From the NCBI RefSeq assembly GCF_036568685.1, contig NZ_DATCSC010000130.1:12565-36564 (forward strand): DNA of 24,000 bases, given 5' to 3'. This stretch comes from Chitinimonas sp. (lineage in GTDB: Bacteria; Pseudomonadota; Gammaproteobacteria; Burkholderiales; Chitinimonadaceae). This document shows positions 21,137 to 24,000 of the stretch, in pieces. A model generated the notes under the pieces. That model was not told the DNA's origin. It did not search any database and saw nothing but the letters and a program-made list of their open reading frames with translations. The position numbers were made by a program, and so were the translations under genes. Position 1 is the stretch's first letter. Every line of letters starts with the position of its first letter.

Positions 21137-22537
21137 TCAACCCTTCGCCTGCAGGCCTCCACCCAGCGATTTGTAGAGCGCGATGGCATTGCTGATCTCC
21201 TCGCGCCTGAGCTCCAGCAGCGCCTGACGGGCAGCACTCAAGTTCCGCTGAGAATCCAGCAACTCCAAGCGACCATCGACTCCCGCCCGATATCGTTGCG
21301 TCGCCAGGTCGGTGCGTTGTTCCGCCTTCCTTACGACCCATGCTTGCGCCAATACCTGGCGTCCGTAGGTCTCCCGGCCGGCCAGGCCATCCGCCACCTC
21401 TCGGAAGGCGATCTGGATAGCACGCTCATACTCAACCACGGCAACCGACTTCCGCAGCTCGGCCAGCCGCAGTTCACCGCGCAGGCGACCTGCATTGAAA
21501 ATCGGCACGCTTATCTGCGGTACAAAGGTCCAGACTCGCTGATCGCCACTAAACAACCCACCCAAGGATGTACTGGCAAAGCCCAGCGAACTGGTAAGCG
21601 ATAGGCGAGGGAAGAAAGCCGCCCTGGCCGCCCCGATATCCGCATTCGCAGCAGCAAGGCTATGCTCCGCCTGCAGTATGTCCGGACGGCGGGATAGCAG
21701 CTCCGACGGCAGGCCGGCCGACAGATTGGTTTGGACTACAGTCTCATCAAGCGCCATCGGCACAGGTAGACCAGCGGGGATTTCAGTACCTATTAGCAGC
21801 GCCAGCGCATTCCTCGCTCTAGCAAGGCTTCGTTGCCGGGCTTGCAGATCGGCCTCGGCACTTGCCACTTGTCCCTCTGCCTGCGCAATTTCGAGCTTGC
21901 TGCTTTGTGCCGCTTTTTGAAGTTGCAGTGTCAGCTCCAGGGAGTCGCGCCAATCGCGCACCGTTTGCTCGGCGAGCCTGAATTGCTCATCCGCCACTCG
22001 CTCAGCAAAGTAGGCATCCGCAATTGCGCCAACCAAGGTGATCTGGGCAGCTCGCTTGCCCTCCTCGCTCGCAAGGTAGCGCTCCAGTGCGGCGTCAGAC
22101 TCCGCCCTGGTCCGCCCGAATAGATCGATCTCAAACGCACTGATCCCGACGTTCACACCAGCCTGGCTCTGGATTGACGGACCGGCAGCGGGCATCGCCT
22201 CATTGTTCGCGGGAATCCTTTGACGCGATGCGGAGCCGACAGCCTCGACCGTGGGCAACCGTGCAGCCCGTGCAATACGATATTGCGACTGCACGGCTTC
22301 CGCATTCAGGGTGGCCAGCTTCAGATCCCGGTTGTTGAGCAAGGCTAACTCGATCAGGCGCTGCAGACGTGGGTCGGCAAATATGGTTTTCCAGCCGAGG
22401 TCCCCGATGGCCTGTTCTCGCCCAGCGCCAAGCGCAACAGGATAAGTCGCTGCAATCGGCGCATCGGGCTTCACCAGTGCCGGCGTCATGGCGCACGCGC
22501 TCAGCGCGAGGAGGAGTGGTAGTGCAATCAGTCTCAT
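21137..22537 (-). CDS. RND efflux outer-membrane factor lipoprotein (NodT/OprM family)
   Basis: ATG at 22537, 1 nt after the RND pump stop. The lipobox is LLLALSA/C. Two OEP repeats are present (NNRDLKLATLNAEAVQSQYRIARA...; RPDILQAEHSLAAANADIGAARAAFFPRLSLTSS...), ending in ALYKSLGGG. 466 aa. Confidence 0.9.
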   Translation of the reverse strand: MRLIALPLLLALSACAMTPALVKPDAPIAATYPVALGAGREQAIGDLGWKTIFADPRLQRLIELALLNNRDLKLATLNAEAVQSQYRIARAARLPTVEAVGSASRQRIPANNEAMPAAGPSIQSQAGVNVGISAFEIDLFGRTRAESDAALERYLASEEGKRAAQITLVGAIADAYFAERVADEQFRLAEQTVRDWRDSLELTLQLQKAAQSSKLEIAQAEGQVASAEADLQARQRSLARARNALALLIGTEIPAGLPVPMALDETVVQTNLSAGLPSELLSRRPDILQAEHSLAAANADIGAARAAFFPRLSLTSSLGFASTSLGGLFSGDQRVWTFVPQISVPIFNAGRLRGELRLAELRKSVAVVEYERAIQIAFREVADGLAGRETYGRQVLAQAWVVRKAEQRTDLATQRYRAGVDGRLELLDSQRNLSAARQALLELRREEISNAIALYKSLGGGLQAKG

Positions 22538-22538
22538 G

Positions 22539-24000
22539 TCAGTTCTCCTCAACAGCGCTCGCCGCAGCGCCGCCGGAATTGTTTCGCTTTTGTCTCCAGG
22601 CCGTGACTCGACCTTGCAGCTCAACCACGACGACGTAGAAGACCGGGACAAAGAAGATCGCCAGTGCGGTGCCGCTCAACATGCCGCCGAAAACACCGGT
22701 ACCAATGGCTTGCTGGGTTTCGGCACTGGCGCCAGAAGCGAGCATGAGTGGCACTACGCCCAGCCCAAATGCCAGCGATGTCATCAAGATGGGACGAAGC
22801 CGAAGTTTGGCCGAGGCAATCGCAGCCTCGATGGCGCTCATCCCTTCTTCCTGGAGCTGCTTTGCAAACTCGACGATCAAGATGGCGTTTTTTGCCGAAA
22901 GCCCGATCACCGTGATCATGCCTACCTTGAAATACACATCATTCGGCATGCCACGCAAAATGACGGCCATAACGGCACCCAGTAGGCCCAGCGGGACAAC
23001 CAACATGACCGACATGGGGACGGACCAGCTCTCATAGAGTGCAGCCAGCACCAGAAAGACAACCAGCATCGATAGGGCCAATAGCATCGGGGTCTGCGCG
23101 GCGGACTGCTTCTCCTGGAGGGACTGGCCCGTCCACTCGATGGCAAAACCCTGAGGCAACTTCGCAGCCAGCCTTTCCATCTCAGCCATGGCATCACCAC
23201 TCGATACTCCTGGTGCCGCCGAGCCCGATATCCGAACAGAAGCAATGCCTTGGTAACGAACCAACTGGAGCGGCATATCCGTCCAAACCGGCTGGACTAC
23301 TTCTGAGAGACGGACCATGCCGCCATTGTTATTGCGTACCTGCAGTCGCAAGACATCGTCGAGCCGCATGCGGGAGGGGGCATCTGCCTGGATGATGATT
23401 TGCTGCATACGACCGGCATTTGGGAAGTCACCCACATAGAGTGAGCCCAGTGCAGTGGAGATCGTCTCGCTCAGCACCTGGAAGGGCACGCCATAGGCCT
23501 CGGCTTTCTGACGATCAATGTCCAGCCGGATCGAGGAACCGGGAGGCAAGCCATCCGGATAGACATTCGCAACCACACCGCTGGCGGCAGCCATGGTGAG
23601 CAGTTGAGTTTCAGCCGCCTTCAGCGCGGCATAACCTTTATTGGCCCTATCCTGCAACTGGAGCGTGAAACCAGACGAGGTGCCAAGTTCATCAATCGCA
23701 GGTGGCATCAGGGACATGACGGTGCCCTCGGTTATCCCGACCATTGCTGCTTGAGCGCGCGTCAGCTCATTCTGAACGGTCGTACCATGCCGGTCCTTCC
23801 AATCCTTGAGCACGGTGTAAGCCATTGCTGCGTTGGAGCCGGAGCCCGAAAAGCCAAAGCCGAGGATGGACATATTGGATTCAATGCCGGGGCGTGTAGC
23901 AATATGCTTCTCATAGGTCTTGACCGCATTCAGGGTTCGCTCGGCGGTAGCGTCTGCCGGCAGCTGAAACGAGGTCATGAAGTAGCCTTGGTCCTCCTCG
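22539..24000 (-). CDS. RND multidrug efflux permease (AcrB/MexB-type, HAE1), C-terminal part; the 5' end lies right of the window
   Basis: The minus-strand frame stays open to base 24000 and reads ...EEDQGYFMTSFQLPADAT..., which aligns with the AcrB EDQGVFMTMVQLPAGAT region at mid-protein. The C-terminal TM bundle is VPLGLLGAVMAVILRGMPNDVYFKVGMITVIGLSAKNAILIVEFA...RLRPILMTSLAFGLGVVPL. The M at 23978 is internal. Confidence 0.9.
   Translation of the reverse strand, partial: EEDQGYFMTSFQLPADATAERTLNAVKTYEKHIATRPGIESNMSILGFGFSGSGSNAAMAYTVLKDWKDRHGTTVQNELTRAQAAMVGITEGTVMSLMPPAIDELGTSSGFTLQLQDRANKGYAALKAAETQLLTMAAASGVVANVYPDGLPPGSSIRLDIDRQKAEAYGVPFQVLSETISTALGSLYVGDFPNAGRMQQIIIQADAPSRMRLDDVLRLQVRNNNGGMVRLSEVVQPVWTDMPLQLVRYQGIASVRISGSAAPGVSSGDAMAEMERLAAKLPQGFAIEWTGQSLQEKQSAAQTPMLLALSMLVVFLVLAALYESWSVPMSVMLVVPLGLLGAVMAVILRGMPNDVYFKVGMITVIGLSAKNAILIVEFAKQLQEEGMSAIEAAIASAKLRLRPILMTSLAFGLGVVPLMLASGASAETQQAIGTGVFGGMLSGTALAIFFVPVFYVVVVELQGRVTAWRQKRNNSGGAAASAVEEN

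Noticed and set aside
1-24000. I looked for CRISPR arrays, long tandem repeats, IS inverted repeats, integrase/transposase/recombinase genes, restriction-modification or other recognised defence genes, and rRNA/tRNA genes.
   Set aside because: I found none by eye. All intergenic gaps are under 230 nt and hold only short hairpins or dyads. A complete computational repeat and ncRNA scan (CRISPR finder, tRNAscan-SE, Infernal/Rfam) is still needed to exclude small elements.

Overview
High-GC proteobacterial chromosomal segment. The gene content resembles Chromobacteriaceae, Burkholderiales or Pseudomonas-type genomes, but the taxon cannot be fixed from the sequence alone. I resolve 25 densely packed protein-coding genes. 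I saw no rRNA, tRNA, CRISPR array, transposase or integrase. Left to right: (1) the 3' end of a contractile tail-sheath gene, cut by the window edge; (2) a convergent, overlapping two-gene cassette of unknown function (138 aa plus a 90-aa RHH-like protein) with a repeat-bearing, sigma-54-like upstream region; (3) a BdlA-like soluble double-PAS chemoreceptor; (4) a LysR / DoxX / Cys-type GST divergon; (5) an XRE-cupin regulator translationally coupled to a GNAT acetyltransferase; (6) a CHASE3-PAS-GAF-GGDEF diguanylate cyclase; (7) an orphan 259-aa protein with no family I can name; (8) 3-hydroxybutyrate dehydrogenase; (9) an orphan family-3 solute-binding protein; (10) two SDR oxidoreductases; (11) a pqiA(split)-pqiB-pqiC MCE transport operon with a clear intrinsic terminator; (12) an AI-2E (PerM-type) permease with a roughly 265-aa C-terminal cytoplasmic extension that reads like a B12-binding-type cap plus Rossmann module lacking the His ligand, followed by a coupled TPR protein; (13) a second LysR regulator. 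After that G+C drops. That last stretch holds a small low-GC membrane ORF, a REP-like hairpin and the distal end of an RND efflux operon (OMF lipoprotein plus the 3' part of the pump, running off the right edge). I do not see a canonical defence island or any system I can confidently call new. The best candidates for something undescribed are the sheath-adjacent two-gene cassette (692-1367), the AI-2E/B12-like fusion with its TPR partner (16851-19621) and the orphan ORF at 8612-9391. All functional calls come from reading the translations by eye. No database search was possible.
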